From positions 10,540,001-10,604,000 of the forward strand of contig CM022677.1 in NCBI GenBank assembly GCA_012295275.1: a stretch of 64,000 nt of DNA. Direction: 5' to 3'. This DNA comes from Chrysomallon squamiferum (lineage: Eukaryota; Animalia; Mollusca). Position 1 is the stretch's first letter. Every line of letters begins with the position of its first letter. This document shows, piece after piece, positions 63,345-64,000 of the stretch. Under the pieces are notes generated by a model that saw nothing but the letters and a program-made list of their open reading frames with translations, made no database searches and was not told the DNA's origin. A program made the translations under genes and the position numbers.

Positions 63345-64000
63345 GTTTTCAGTCATTTTATTTGTTTTACATTTTTATTCTTTATAACATAACTTTTAAG
63401 TGCAGTTTAATGTCAGTTCTTGTATTTTATTATTCTTACATTAATTCAGTTTAATTCCAGTTCTGAACATGACATGGTGCTAGGAAATGCAGATCAAATT
63501 TAAAATTCTTAGCAGGCACTCTCTATCCTACTAACACATTGTCCACAGTATGCAAACAGGATAAACTTGAATTCCAGGAATACCTTACCAGATAACAGTA
63601 TAACAGTGATTAGAAATAAAACATTGAAATATATTCAAGGAAAGTCTGGACATTTATATTTTCACAGTATCAAGAAAGTGTGCAGGCCCAATTTGAACAA
63701 AATATTTAATTATTTTACTTTTTAATCTTAATTTTATTATTTAATTAAAAAAAAAATTTCATTTAATTTCAATCCAGGTGTATACTTAATTAGTCTGTTT
63801 AAATATTATTATGGTGTTAAATGCAGAATTAATCCTTTGAGCTCTTAATGTAGTATAGCAATGGGTATATTTGATTTAGAACTAATGTATTTTTTGTTTG
63901 TTTTATTTTTTATAAACGATATAACAACATAGAGTATGTTAGTTATTATTAAAATAAAATTGTAATATGCTTGAATTATACTGCAGTGTTAGCAGTATGC

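Overview
AT-rich, microsatellite-laden animal genomic DNA. A mollusc or other lophotrochozoan is inferred from gene content and repeat style. Most ORFs in the supplied track are microsatellite artefacts, and the real genes are spliced. Contents: (i) a cluster of at least four paralogous Cys-rich EB/EGF-like module genes: the 3' end of an intact type I membrane protein (1-2722), a pseudogene (4.2-8.7 kb, +), its inverted and less decayed twin (39.2-44.4 kb, -), and the 5' part of a fourth copy cut by an assembly gap; (ii) decayed Tc1, hAT-MITE and LINE elements, with a TTAA-flanked piggyBac nested in the LINE endonuclease; (iii) several satellites, including a TTAGGG-derived array and a fold-back 71-bp array; (iv) an intact galactose-3-O-sulfotransferase; (v) a small secreted two-TSP1-like-domain protein; (vi) a secreted signal peptide/coiled-coil/CCP/galectin-like chimera lacking the canonical sugar-binding residues; (vii) a ferrochelatase gene with two frameshifting lesions. 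All exon models were read by eye from GT-AG boundaries and phase compatibility, with no database search.
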